DNA of 64,000 nt, from NCBI RefSeq assembly GCF_009914755.1, contig NC_060940.1; one strand, given 5' to 3'. Origin of the DNA: the human T2T-CHM13v2.0 reference genome, Homo sapiens. The translations under genes and the position numbers were made by a program. Shown piece by piece: positions 39,841-54,444 of the stretch. The notes under the pieces are model-generated. The model was not told the DNA's origin and did not search any database. It worked only from the letters and a program-made list of their open reading frames with translations. The first letter of the stretch is position 1. Every line of letters starts with the position of its first letter.

Positions 39841-41724
39841 AAAATAACTACTTTTAAAAATGCAGTGTTCCTTAACTGATGAGCATGAAAATGAAACTTC
39901 ATCTAAACCAGGAACTGGAGCCATTACCATTAGAGATCAGCTCTCCTTCCTTTCTGTCCAGGGCGAGGATGAAGAGACCGTGTCAAGCACTGTAACCCAG
40001 AAGCAAACAAGGGCCAAATATTTTATATTTAAGTTTGGAAAAATCTGCAAAAGGCGACCTAACTGGCTATTTTGAACATCCCTAAGCACTCTTCCTAGGA
40101 GAGGGAGGCCAGGCCACAGAAGAGCAGATAAACTCAGAGAGTACTTAGTGAAACCCAGGGCAGGGCTGGCCTCAGTGTAGAACAATGGGAACAGAACAGC
40201 TGGAAGCTGAGCACAGGAGTTGAAATCCTGCATCCTTAGGCAAACTGCTTCATCTCTGCATCTTCATACCCTCACCTGTAAAACAAGGGTACCAACGCCC
40301 CAGAGTTAAAAACTTCACCCATCATCCTGCCACTCTCAGAGCTATCAGTTTTCATTTATGGTTTATTCTAGTTCTTATCAAATTCACAGGCAAGTTTCAA
40401 AGTTGTAAGCAGGGCTTATGTCCTGGGCTAGTGTTTTTGTTTTTCACTGGTCTGCTACACTCTGACCACCGTGACCACTTTTTCATCCTATTTCAGTCCA
40501 AATACATATACCAGCTGTTTGGGTGAAGGCAGAGTTAGACAAATTCTTCTTCTGTAATTCACCATATGAATATGTGTAAAACCAAATATACAGGTGTGGC
40601 TTTTTAAAAGGCAAGATAGGGCGCACACGTAGTCGTACCATCACCCTTCTGTTTACCACTGTCACCACATTTCCATATTCCCTAGTTCAGCAAAACTGAC
40701 AAAGGGGAGTGAAGGAGGCAGGCCAGGATATTGCAACACAACACAGCTTTGCTTTCTACACACCAAAGTGTCCCAACACATGGGTTAAGCAAGAGCAATC
40801 TGTATCATCGGAAGTTCCTAAGGTTCACGATTGACAGCGATCCAGTCCCAGGTAAGCCCTCTTCTCTCTGACCGTTACCAGGGGGCCCGGGAGAATGCAA
40901 AGAAAAGGAGACTGTGGGCACCCTGCACCCAGAGCATTTGCACCTCAAGGAAACTTCACCAGCCGATATCAAATAGCGAACACTGCCTGTCATACTTCCA
41001 TAGCTAGGGAAAGGAATTTTCCCTTTTGCAGCTTCCTGGCTGCCAACCAGGAGGCTACCCCTTTCATTAAGCTGAAATGAGAGAAAAGAGAGGCTACACA
41101 TTTCCCCATTTCTATCACACTCATACGAGGCTGGGAAGACCCAGTGAGGAATGAGGAAAATAGTAGGGACTTAGGAAGGAGAAAGTTACAGCCAAACTCA
41201 GCCAGCCTCAGGAAAGGCAACTGTTTACCAAGCAAGGTACAGAGGACATTCACTTCTATACTAGGAAACCCAAGCCGGTGGTCTGCATGCAGACTGTTAG
41301 GTGGGGATCACTCCTAAACACTGAAAGACAAATGGTACCTACATCTGTTCCAGGATCCATTCTTAATAATGATGATCAGAAATCAGCATTTCACCTTAAG
41401 CAAGGAATGAACTACTAGAATCAAACACCAGGTGGGTGGCTAAATCAATCTGTGCAGCCAATAACATTTGAAAACAGCCTCATCTGAAAAAAATTTCAAA
41501 GCCATCAGCCAAAGTATCCACAAAACACACCTTTCTTCAGGTTTTCTACAGCCTCCTCTTCCATAATACCTTATTTTCTTCTTTGAATTCCACTTGGAGC
41601 CCCAGATTATTTGTACTGACAGGACTGGTCTATCACACCTTCTCCTGGAAATAAGAACTCTTTTATGCTCCTACAGACACAATGCGTTAAAATTATGCTA
41701 ACAATTTCACGTTATAACGTGCGT

Positions 41725-41835
41725 GGGGCTGTAAGCTCCCTGAAAGCAGGGATCCTGTCTTGCTTATCTACTCAGTGCCTAGCATAAAATGCTTCGTATG
41801 TACTAGGCACTCAATAAACCCACGTGCTGAATGAG
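41725..41835 (+). mobile_element. L2 3' end (further L2 remnants near 51780-52550 and 57110-57170)
   Basis: CTGTAAGCTCCCTGAAAGCAGGGA...TAGGCACTCAATAAA...GCTGAATGA. Confidence 0.72.
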
Positions 41836-42331
41836 TGCTCACATTATAGAGGATACACAGTATCAACAAGCTGCTTGTCTAGTCAAAGATATAAAGCAGT
41901 AATCTTAATGTTTACTACTACTTTCTGAAAACAGAAACAATAACGAATTCTCTAGAAATATTACACTGGGTCATCTTTCTCTTTAAGACTTTTTCCTATT
42001 GCCCTCTTTACCTTTTAGGGGACCACCCAAGTATATTTCACTCTTTGGCTACAAACTCAGCATCAGTGAACCCCAACCCTAGAATTGATACACAGATTAA
42101 ATGGCATAATGTAGGATGAGCAACAGTAGTGTAAGAAATAAGCATGTAAGAGTTCAGATGCTGTTTTGTGATGTGTTCATACTTCTCTGCTTTCCCTCCC
42201 ACACATATTTTCTCTTCCTCACCCACTCCTAATTTCTCTCTCACATCCCTATTTCCTGTGAAAAAGGTCTCCTTTCTTTAGATTTTTTTTTCATGGTTTC
42301 TTTAGATTGTCTTTTGCATTACTTTTGTAAT

Positions 42332-43462
<1,131 letters not shown>

Positions 43463-43568
43463 GACTTGTACTATAGCCCTGACTACTCAAATGCTTCTAT
43501 TAAATCTTTCAAAAGCTAAACATTTTTATTCACCTATTTACCTACCCTCGAAAAACTTCCAAAAGGAA

Positions 43569-43738
43569 TTTTTTTTAAGAGATGGGGTCTGTGTTGCCCA
43601 GGCTGGAGTGCAGTGGCCATTCACAAGTGTGATCATGGCTCACTGTAGCCTCAAACTCCTAAACTCCTGGACTCAAGCAATCCTCCTGCCTCAGCCTCCC
43701 AAGTAGCCAAGACTGCTGGCATGTGCCACTGTGGCTCC
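43569..43738 (-). mobile_element. FRAM/FAM-like Alu monomer
   Basis: Reverse monomer with GTGGCCATTCACAAG. Confidence 0.7.
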
Positions 43739-44215
43739 AAAAAGAATTTTTAATTTCTAAGTTAACGGACACAGGAAGAGGTAATGCACATGTTAATTGG
43801 CTCAATTTAGCCAATCCACAATGTATAGATATTTCAAAACATCATGTTGTATATGATAAATACATACAATTTTTATTTGTTAATTAAAACAAAATTTGAA
43901 GGAAAAAAACTACATACAAAAAACTTGATCCAGCAAGGGCAAAGCATCCTGGAAAAGTTCACTCCTAGAGATGAGGAATCTAGAGAGTGGTGGAAGGATT
44001 CACAGTGTTGTTATTATTATTGTTAAATGACCTGGAGGCCACACTACGCTCTCGGTGTGTTTACTGATCTATTACTAATTAGACACTACGGACACAGGAA
44101 GTGCAGTCTGGTGTAGTGAGAAGAGTACTCAACCAAGCCCTGGTTCAGATCACAGCTGTCACCACAGCTACTGCCTCCCTGTGTACCCCTCCTTAGCTCT
44201 AAAATGGAAGGACAG

Positions 44216-44520
44216 CTGGGTGCAGTGGCTCATGCCTGTAATCCCAGCACTTTGGGAGGCAGACAGGTGGGTCACCTATGGTCAGGAGTTCGAAACCAGC
44301 CTAGCCAACATGGTGAAACCCTGTCTCTACTAAAAATACTGAAAATTACAAAAAATTAGCTGGGCGTGGTGGCAGGTGCCTATAACCCCAGCTACTCGGG
44401 AAGCTGAGGCAGGAGAATCACTGGGAGGTTGCAGTGAGCCGAGATCGCGCCATTGCACTCCAGCCTGGGCAACAAGGGCAAAACTCTGTCCCAAAAAAAT
44501 AAATAAATAAAATAAAATAA
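44216..44520 (+). mobile_element. AluS inserted in a MIR (~44100-44630)
   Basis: TSD AAGGACAG; MIR core CTAAAATGGA and 3' end on either side. Confidence 0.85.
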
Positions 44521-45426
44521 AGGACAGTAGCACCTGCTTCGCAGGATCGTTGATGAAAGAATTAAACCATACAGCATTTAGCACTGAGCTTGGCATGCAG
44601 TAAGGACTCAAAAAATATTAGTCATTACTATCACTGTCCCAATCCCATCTCCCAAGGCACCTATGAGGGCTGAACCAGCCAAAGCCTTTAAGAACCTGGC
44701 ACTCCAGGGTTGGTACAGAGCAGGCGCTCAACAGCCGCCACTTATCAATGGTAGTGACTTGCTAATAAACTCATCCCTGCTGATCTGTGGCAATTCTAGT
44801 AGAATTAAAGGTTACTTTGCTTTGAAAGTTCTTGGGGATTATGCAAATAAATATAATGGAACAACTCTCTATACCAAAAAAAAAAAAAAAAAAAGAAAGA
44901 GAAAAGCTGTTTTATTAATATTTATGCCATCGTAAGTAATTTTTATCTAGGCATTTAAACAAGTTCCCAAAAGACATCTAACTTTTTTTTTTTTTTTTAC
45001 AATGACTATTAGGAAATAATTAAAGCAACCTCCTTCTAAAATCTTCCGTAATTCAGGCTTCTTTTATGCAGACACACCAATCCCTAATTAGAACAGAACA
45101 ATGAGGTTGTACTTCATTCTGAACAGTGATCTTATCTTGAGTAAGTCTTGCCCCTCCTCAGAATCACTGATCTGCTGAAGAGCCAGAGAGCTCGGCCGGC
45201 AGCCCCCACCCTCTCCTCCCCAGGAGAAGGAAGCGAGTCACTGCTCAGGGGCCCTCACTCGGTGCAGGACCGGCTGGGTTTGAGATAGAATAGAAGTCGG
45301 CCTCCCCAGAGGACTGTACTCTAATTGAGGAAGACAGCCAATGGACACCAAGCCACAAACTTAAATTAACACGTATGTCATATTTTACAGCCAAGTGGAA
45401 TAAGGCAGTGAACAAAAGTAGGAAAG

Positions 45427-46115
45427 GCTTCAAATAAGAGGCTCTGAGCAGAAGTTTAGAGGAAAAGGACACTGACAACTCCAAAGAGGCAGGGACAGAA
45501 GACAGCAAGACAGGCAGGCAGAGATGGCTGCTCTGCTGTGGGGAACTTCAAGGGAAAAGCTCCAAGATGGCAGGAGCCCCAGGGTAGGTACAAGTTCCAT
45601 ACGGTGGGAAGGGCCTCACTACGGTAGGCAGGCTTGCTCTGTCGCCCAGGCTGGAGTGCAGTGACACAATCTCGGGTTATTAAATTTGGGTTTAATAAAC
45701 CGAATTGTCTTAAAACCCTCAACACAGCACTTACATTTATACTAGAGCTTAGAATTTGGGTTTTCTTGTTTTCCTGTCATATGCTGTGTTTTGTATGATG
45801 AACGATATTTAAGTGGACATTAACAACGACCTTCCCCAAGAAGTCCATTCTTCATATACGACATTCTAGTGGGGTTCTTCCTACTGTATCAGATCCACAT
45901 ACCTACCAAAGTGACGCCCTTCCCACTGTATCGAATTCGTACCTACCGAGGGGCTCCTGCCATCTTGAAGTTTTTCCCTTGAAGCTCCCCACGGCAGAGC
46001 AGCCAGCTTTGCCTGCCTGCCTTGCTGTCTTCCGTCCCTGCCTCTTTGGAACTGTCTTTTCTCAGTGTCCTTTCCCTCTGAAGTTCTGCTCAGAGTTTGC
46101 CTCTTATTTGAAAGC
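45427..46115. repeat. Inverted repeat with ~200-bp arms (45427-45628 and 45902-46115)
   Basis: Arms align as reverse complements at roughly 85% identity by eye. The ORF track gives near-identical peptides on opposite strands (PTAEQPSLPACLAVFCPCLFG / PTAEQPALPACLAVFRPCLFG). Confidence 0.92.
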
Positions 46116-46544
46116 TAAATTACAGGACAAATATTCTTCATGTCACAGAAGGGTCCATCCAGGGGGACTCTTTTACACGGAAATGTGCTTAGTAAGTTCA
46201 TTTAACATGGAAACATGATGAACTTCAAAGTTTGAATTAAGGGGAAATAAATCAAGCTACGGTATCAGGTTAAACTAACTGCAATAAAAATTACAGAACC
46301 TTAGAAACTGTAATGTGAATCAGAAGGGAAATACTGATTTATCAAAATGCACTTAATACAATATTCAAGAGTGCTACCTGGAAAAGGTAAAATCTACTTT
46401 TGCATAATTGATTATAAAATTTTAGCTTTTTTATTCATTCTCAAATGCACTTGATGGCTGTACTCTGTATCAGGTATCAAAAAACATCCTGCTTCGCTGA
46501 ATGATTACTATTTACCTTCCATTTAAAAAACCCAAGCAAGACAG

Positions 46545-46848
46545 GGCCAGGCACAGTAGCTCATGCCTGTAATTCCAGTATTTTAGGAAGCCCAGGCAGG
46601 AAGATCACCTGAGGTCAGGAGATCAAGACCCGTCTGGCCAACATGGTGAAACCTCATCTCTACTAAAAATACAAAAATTAGCTGAGCGTGGTGGTGGGTG
46701 CCTGTAATCCTAGCTACCTAGGAGGGTGACACCGGAGAATTGCTGAACTCGGGAGGCAGAGGCTACCGTGAGCCGAGATCGCGCCACTGCACTCCAGCCT
46801 GGGTGACAGAGCAAGATTCTGTCTCAAAACAAAAACAAAAACAAAAAA
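46545..46848 (+). mobile_element. AluS
   Basis: Alu dimer. Confidence 0.9.
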
Positions 46849-47587
46849 CCCTAGACAGTCCTTATTCAAAGTTCTTTGTCACCTGGGACCCTAAACTGTC
46901 CTGGAAATGCAGCCAAGTCTATTTTTATTTGGTGCACTTAGCAGTCACAGGGAAGTGCCATTCCCAGACAGCCAAGACAACGTTAGTTTCCTCAACATGG
47001 TTTGCGTGCTGCTTCCCTCAGCCCTGAAGGGTGGGGACAAGGGTGGAATGGAAGGTGCCTGTCATAGCAGCCAGCTGCCACCAGAACACAGTAATGACCC
47101 AGCAGCCCCTGCACGTTAGCCCAATCATCTGGGACAGGGGAGCAAAAACGGGTTGTTTACCACCACCACAGCTGAGAGGGGCACCAGACCCCGGAGAGGT
47201 GCTACAGTCAGCTGCCTATCCACCCTGCTTACAGGGAGAGGATTCTCCAGCCAAGAACAGTCCTGGAGGAAGAAGAATGTGGGGGCTGAGCTAGGAGCTA
47301 GCCTTTGCAGAAGCAGCCCCAGACCCCAGATTCCCAGCCACCTCAGATTCCCCAGCCATATTGTAAGAACAAGCAAACAGACATCCAGAGACCAGGTCCT
47401 TTGCCCCAAATGCTGTGAGATGTAGCTGGCAGGCGGCAACAAGAAGTCAAGAAAGGGGGAAAGAGCATATTCCAGACGTGAAAGCAGACTTGGAAGTGCC
47501 AGTCCATGTACAACGCGTGGAGGCGTGTGGGCTATTTGAGAGCCACAAACAGAAAATGAATGCCTTAAGTCCAAAAAGTATGCCAGT

Positions 47588-48293
47588 ACCAGGTATGTTG
47601 GCTCACACCTATAATCCTGGCACTTTGGGAAGCCGAGGCAGGGGGACTGCTTGGGTCCAGTAGTTCAAGACCAGCCTGGGCAACATAGCGAAACCCGGTC
47701 TCTACAAAAAAAAGTACAAAAATTAGCCAGGCATGGTGGCACATGCCCATAGTCCTAGCTGCTCAGGAGGCTGAGGTGGGAGGACTGCTTGAGCCCAGGA
47801 GATGGAGGCTACAGTGAGTCAAGATCACGTCACTGCACTCCATCCTGGGTGACAGAGTGAGACCCTGACTCAAAATAATAATAAAAAGGTACACCATAAA
47901 ATGAGAGAATTCAGAAACAACTGAGAAGCACAACATGATGGAGAATCACAAGCTGAAGAACAACCTTAGTGTTACTCATCATAGACTATGCTGATAAAGA
48001 ATATCCGTGGCTGGGCATGGTGGTTCACACCTGTAATCCCAGCACTGTGGGAGGCCAAGGCAGGCAGGTCACCTGAGGTCAGGCGTTCGAGGCCAGCCTG
48101 GCCAACATGGCAAAACCCCTCCTTTACTAAAAATACAAAAATTAGCGGGGCATGGTAGTGCATGCCTGTAATCCCAGGAGGCTGAGGCACCAGAATCACT
48201 TGAATCTGAGAGGTGGAGGCTGCAGTGAGCCAAGATCGTGCCAATGCACTCCAGCCTGGGCGACAAAGCAAGACTCTGTCTCAAAAAAAAAAA
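47588..48293 (+). mobile_element. AluJ (47588-47886) and AluS (48009-48293)
   Basis: Two Alu dimers; the second has TSD AAAGAATATC. Confidence 0.88.
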
Positions 48294-48866
48294 GAATATC
48301 TGCAACACATCTAGCAATGTATACCTGGAGAATATATGTGCTGCCTTTCACATTTTAAGACTCTACCAACACACAGGCTCTTGAAGGAAAATTTGCTATG
48401 ATCAAAACTATAAATGCATATGCCTTTTAACCACTAATTCTATTTCTATGAATCTGTTCCATAGATTTGCCTGTCCGCATAACTTTACAAGGCTATTCAT
48501 TAAAGCACTGTTTGTGAGAAGACAAGACTGGAAATAACCTAAATGTCCACCAGTGGGGAGAGGATTAAAGCAATTATGGCACAGGTCACATAATGGAATG
48601 GTAGACAACTGTAAGAAGACAATAAACGTATGCAGCTGTGTGTACACTATGCTACCTCAGTTAAGAAGAAAAAGGCAGGAAGGGGGAAGAGAGAACTAAG
48701 AGTCAACAGCGTCTGCCTGAATACAGATAAACCCTGGAAGACAGCACTACTTCCAGTGGTTACCTGGGAGGAGCTAGGTGGAGGGAGGCTCTCTCTACAG
48801 GTTTTGTCCTCTGAGTTTTCTGAGCCATGTGAATGAACTACTAGTTTAAGTAATTAAAGGAACTAA

Positions 48867-49159
<293 letters not shown>

Positions 49160-50518
49160 AAGAAACTGATTTTTTTTTAAGGCACCCCCACTGGGGATAT
49201 ACTGGCCCAGGTGATTAACTTCAGCACCAGGTGGTAACACCTGGAATGGTTCCCAGTGCTCCAGTTTCCAGTTAGGGTCCTTATGATTTGAGGATAAAAT
49301 GTGAAATGGGTTCACTATTAGTTCAAAATATATTTAGTGTACAAATAAGCTTAAAAGGCTAGAAAAGAAAAGGGCACTTTAAAGAAGAACTTTTCGAAAG
49401 TATTTTTTTCTAAAGGGATGTGACAATCGACATGTAACATTTTGTACCCAACGCTCACACAGGGAAATCTGACATTATTTCAAAATACTCAAAAATTAGT
49501 TGGCTGTCATGTCTTGTGGCTTCTAGCAAATCAATGAAGAAACCTCTAATATAAAGATGATGTTAAAAATGGAGCTTGTGACAAAGCAAGTGATGATCAG
49601 ACGCCACACTAAAACACAATCCATTTTCCTATCTCTGGATGGCGCCTCTTAGGGGTAATTTGTACTTTGTTCAAATAATTCTCATTAGAGGTCTAAAGGT
49701 TTTGCAACAGGAATTAACTAAAACTTTGCTTCTCACCATTTAACAGATTCTCTTAATCACAAATATAAAAATAAAACAATACAAAAACATATATACCCCC
49801 AAAATGTTTTGTTTTGAATTTTTTTAACTAGTTTTTCTTTTTTCACTATGAAAGTAAATACATTTATGGTTTTTTGCTTTGTTTGAAAAAAAACCCTCAG
49901 AATATAAAATGAAAAACAGCCCCCAAAACATCTCTAGCTCAACCCCGAAAAACAATTTCTAGAGATTCCCTTCTAGAAATTTCCTACATACACCATTAGC
50001 ATATCTTTCTACCCCTAAAAGAGATCTAATTATCATTTTTGCTCTCCATCCTTTGTTTATTGATTCTCAGTCTTTTCTCCCCTCCTAAGTACCCATCACT
50101 CTCCCTCAACTGGATCTGCAATGCCAGGGAACTCAGCTACTCTTCTGAAGGAACTTCACTGATTTTACCCTTTCTTTTCTAAAGGATTTCTGAGTCATAC
50201 TCAGTGTTTTACAATCTCTACATTAATTAACTAAATTAACGAAAAGGTCTGGAGTTAATGAAAATGTTCTTAGAAGTCCTACCCATCAAGAAACTTTATC
50301 TGCTTGGTGTTGAAGTAGGTTGCTAACCTACAGATATTTCTATTTCAACTATTAAGGTGGGTAATAAAAACCAGAAGTTTTAAGAATCTATTCCAGGAAT
50401 TGAGAAACAATAAACACAACTTCTGTGTGAGCTGGCTGCATGACATGCATTTTGATGACAGTAGCAAAACCTCTAATATTCTTTGAGATGACATGGAATT
50501 AATTTTAAAAAAACTTTA

Positions 50519-51177
50519 AGCCTAGGCAACATAGCAAGACCCTGTCTCTACAAAAATAATAAAAAATTATCTGGGCATGGTGGTGCGTGCCTGTAGTCCA
50601 AGCTACTGCGGAGGCTGAAGTGGGAGGATGGCTTGAGCCCAGGAGTTTGAGGCTAGAGTGAGCTATAATCTCACCACTGCACTTCAGCTTAAGTGACAGA
50701 GCAAGACTCCGTCTCAAACAAAAAACAAGAAAACTTCAATTATTCCTATTTATGTAACATAGAGAAAACATTAAAATTGTTTTGTGTTATTTATCTAAAT
50801 GCAGCACCAAAACATTTTACCGTTAAAAAAGAAGACTTAATTAATTAAAAGAAAGCCTGGGCCGAGCATAGTGGCTCACATCTGTAATCCCTAAACTTTG
50901 GGAGGCTGAGGTTGAAGGACTGCTTGAGCCCAGGAGCTCAAGACCAGCCTAGGCAACATAGGAAGACCCCGTATCTCTACTAAAAAAAAAAAAAAAAAAA
51001 AAATTAGCCAGGCATAGTGGCATGCACCTGTCATCCTAGCTACTTGGGAGGCTGAGGTGGGATTGCTTGAGCCCAGAAGGTGGACATTGCAGTGAGCTGT
51101 GATCAAATAAATGCACACCAGCCTGGCGGACAGAGTGAGACCCTGTCTCAAAATAAATAAAAATAAATTTAAAAAAA
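50519..51177 (+). mobile_element. Two AluJ elements (truncated 50519-50730; 50859-51177)
   Basis: Alu sequence with GCTTGAGCCCAGGAG. Confidence 0.87.
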
Positions 51178-52764
51178 TAGAACAAAGCCTGCATTTCTAA
51201 TACTAACATTTCCAACAGCTCTGAGATATGTATCAGTCTGAAAGGCACTGATAGTAGAGTTACATAAAATGGGCTACTTAGGGCAAAAAGAGTAAGAAGA
51301 GACCATATTTGCCTGGCTACGCACAGTCCATCTCTAGAATACGTAAGAAACAGCTAACACTGGTTGCCTATGGGGAGGGGAATGACCAGTGACCCCAGAA
51401 ACAGACAGGAGGAAGAGTTTTCACCAATTACTCTGCTTTTTTGGAATTCTGAACCATATGAATATATTATCTACTCACAAGAACTTAAAAAAACTTTTAA
51501 AAGAAAATTGTTTGTACAAAAATTTACTAACATCTTAAATAAGAACACTAGTTCCAGTTCTTAAGCTGCTTTTCATGGGGCCCTTTTCCTGCCAAAAACG
51601 GGGCTCAGGAGGGGAAAGCATTGTCTACTCTCCCTACAGACCTGAACTTGGATGAAAAAACACACCTTGAAAAAGCTAATCTAGACTTCTGGAAAATAAA
51701 TCACAGGAGCTCCCCCAATCACTCTGGACACGGGTTTTTTAAAGCTTAATTTTGTTTTATAAGCCCTAAAAAAAAATAATAACCTGGACTCCTAGGTCTG
51801 ACATTCAAGGCCCTTGGTGATGTTATCTCGCCTTCAGATGCCCAAGCTGATGCTCTACTCACCCTCAATGAGCTCTGGTGTCCTTCCTCCAACAAGCCTC
51901 CCTGACCACCCAGCCTGAGGCATCCACTTCCTTCCAGTCAGACATCGAGCTGAGTGTGAAATGCTATAGGCCACGGTGGGCACCACGGGACTGCTCACCC
52001 ACCACACCACACAACTCAGAGTTCCATGAGGACAGAAGCAGCTTCTGCCACTACTGTCATCACCACAGCCCAGCAGGGTGCCCCACACGTAAAATGTGCT
52101 TAAATATTTGCTGAATAAAAGAATGAAGTGGTAGGAGTCAAGACTGGATCCCGGGCCGACCAACCCCCGCAGGGCAGAACCACACCTTTAGTCTCCACCA
52201 TCTCAGAAGCAAAACCATGAGGCCTCCTAAATTCTGGTAGCCCAGTGAACATAACCCAAAAACTGTCACAAGAGCCAGACCTCCACCCTGCTATGAGTGC
52301 TGTTCCCTCTGCCTGGAACAGTACTATCTGCCATCTCCTATTCACCCTCAGGTGTCAGTGCTAACGTCACAGCCCCCGGGGACTTCCAATACCCTTCAAA
52401 ACAGGCTCAGTCCCCATCTGGTGCCTCAGTCAATGCACAGTATGTCCCCTCCAAGGTCACACCTGACTGCAGTTACCTGTCCAGTATCCATCACCACCCA
52501 TGAGGGCAGAGATGGGGCCTGTCACATCCCCACTGGATCGCCAGGGCCTACATCACAGCATAACAAATATTTTCTAAATTAGTGAATAATCCTGAACAGT
52601 GTGACCTAAGCCGTGAATATTTTTGAAGGAGTCTTTCATCATTTTTAATTTGGAGTCTTGCATCTTTAAAAGATGATCGTTTTAAAGGAACTTTGTCATA
52701 AATATCTAGGTGATACGTATCTTAAAGAAAACTCTAGACAAAGAGGATAAGTAAATGTACTTAC

Positions 52765-52970
52765 AGTTGTGCTGTCCAATACCGTAGTGACTAACTACAT
52801 GTGGCTATCTTCATTTACTCAAACCAGGTAACATTTAAAATTTAGTTCCTAAGTCACACTAATCACAATTCAAGTACTCAACAGCCACACGTGGCTCGTG
52901 GTTCCAGTACTGTGTCATATAGACACAGCGTAGAGCCGCCCTCCCAATAACGACCACTGGACAGCGCTGG
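52765..52970. mobile_element. MER3-like hAT DNA transposon
   Basis: GTGCTGTCCAATA...TGGACAGCGCTG termini; ACATGTGGCTA / AGCCACACGTGGCT internal palindromes. Confidence 0.7.
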
Positions 52971-54095
52971 CTTGGAGGGCATCCCGAGAACACAGGCATC
53001 CCCAAACAAGGAAACATCTCAATTCACCCTCTTCCTCCTGGGAAAGAATCCGTTCTCCCCTAAAGTTTCAGTGACTGAGAAAGCCATCAGTGAAAGCAAA
53101 ACACTTGATTCTCTTGCCATCATTCAAATGATTCCCTCAGAGACTTCTCAACAGAAGTTCAACTACGGGCAGGTGTGCTCTTCAAACAAAAACCGATTCC
53201 CACAGTAGTAGAGGAACAACCACAATGACACAGAAAACCTATCAATATGTTATGTCTTTTTGTTATTTTCAATAAAGGTGACGTTCTGAATATGTAAATC
53301 AGATTTAAGTAAAGATATCCACAAATCGGGGAAAAATTTTGTCCACCACGGGGTAACTTTTACTTATAAAAAAAAAAAATCACACCAAATCTAGGAGAAC
53401 AGAAAAACAGTAATCTCCATTAAAAGAATTTCCTACTATAGAATCTGCAGGAGGAGAAAAGTCACACAGTACAGCACAGAGCTGAATCTGTTCCTTTCAA
53501 GATCTGTGTAGCTGAGCCCGAGAGGCAATTGAGTTTCACTGGTATTCCTTTCAACCAACCTGACTAAACTGGACAGTGATCCCAAGGCCATTTTCTTCCC
53601 AACTCTGTTTTCAATAAAATACTATATTTATAATTTCTCTGCATTTACTTTTCCCTTTTCTCTAAGTCCTAATCTAAATCAAGCCCTTGTTCTGAAGCAA
53701 TAACTAGAAACAGAGTTCCATTTAATTAAGAGTTCAATTTTCCAATAAAAAACAGTTGAACTGCAAACACAGACGGAGTAAAATGAGTCAAACGATTACC
53801 CATTTTGTAAGATTCTCGAATCTTAGTTCGTTTTCTTACAAACTGGTTCCCAAACTGCACTAGAGCTGGCACTGAAAGCCAAACAGGCAGGGGCAGAAGC
53901 TTCCCATGTATTCAGTGAGAAGCCTCCTGATTCCGGGTCAGGCTACATCATCTTAGTCCTCACTGGCCCAAGAAGTAGGTGATGGCTAATATTTTCCCAT
54001 ACAATTAAACAATAAAAACAGCTGCCTCAACCTGCTATATGCCAGGCACCCTAGTAGCCCCATGTACCAAGATAATCAAAGTAAGCAGAAGTAGA

Positions 54096-54396
54096 GCCAG
54101 GCACAGTGGCTCCATCTCACACCTGTAATTCCAGCTACTCAGGAGGCCGAGGCAGGATTGCTGAAGGATGGGAGTTCAAGACCAGCTTGGGCAAGCAAGA
54201 CCCCATTGGAAAGAAGAAAAGTAATGTAAAGAAGGGGAGGGGAAGGGGAAGGGGAAGGAAGGAAAAGAAAGAAAGAGAAAAAAAGAAGGAAGGAAGGAAG
54301 GAAAAGAGAAAGAAAGAAAGAAAAAAGAAAGAAAGAAGAGAGAAGAGAAAGAAAAGAAACAAATGGAATACTGCAGGGTAAAAAGCCCCTTTTAGA

Positions 54397-54443
<47 letters not shown>
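54096..54443 (+). repeat. FLAM monomer (54096-54203), purine-rich tail (54208-54360) and (TC)n(AC)n microsatellite (54399-54443)
   Basis: Read directly. Confidence 0.85.
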
Positions 54444-54444
<1 letters not shown>

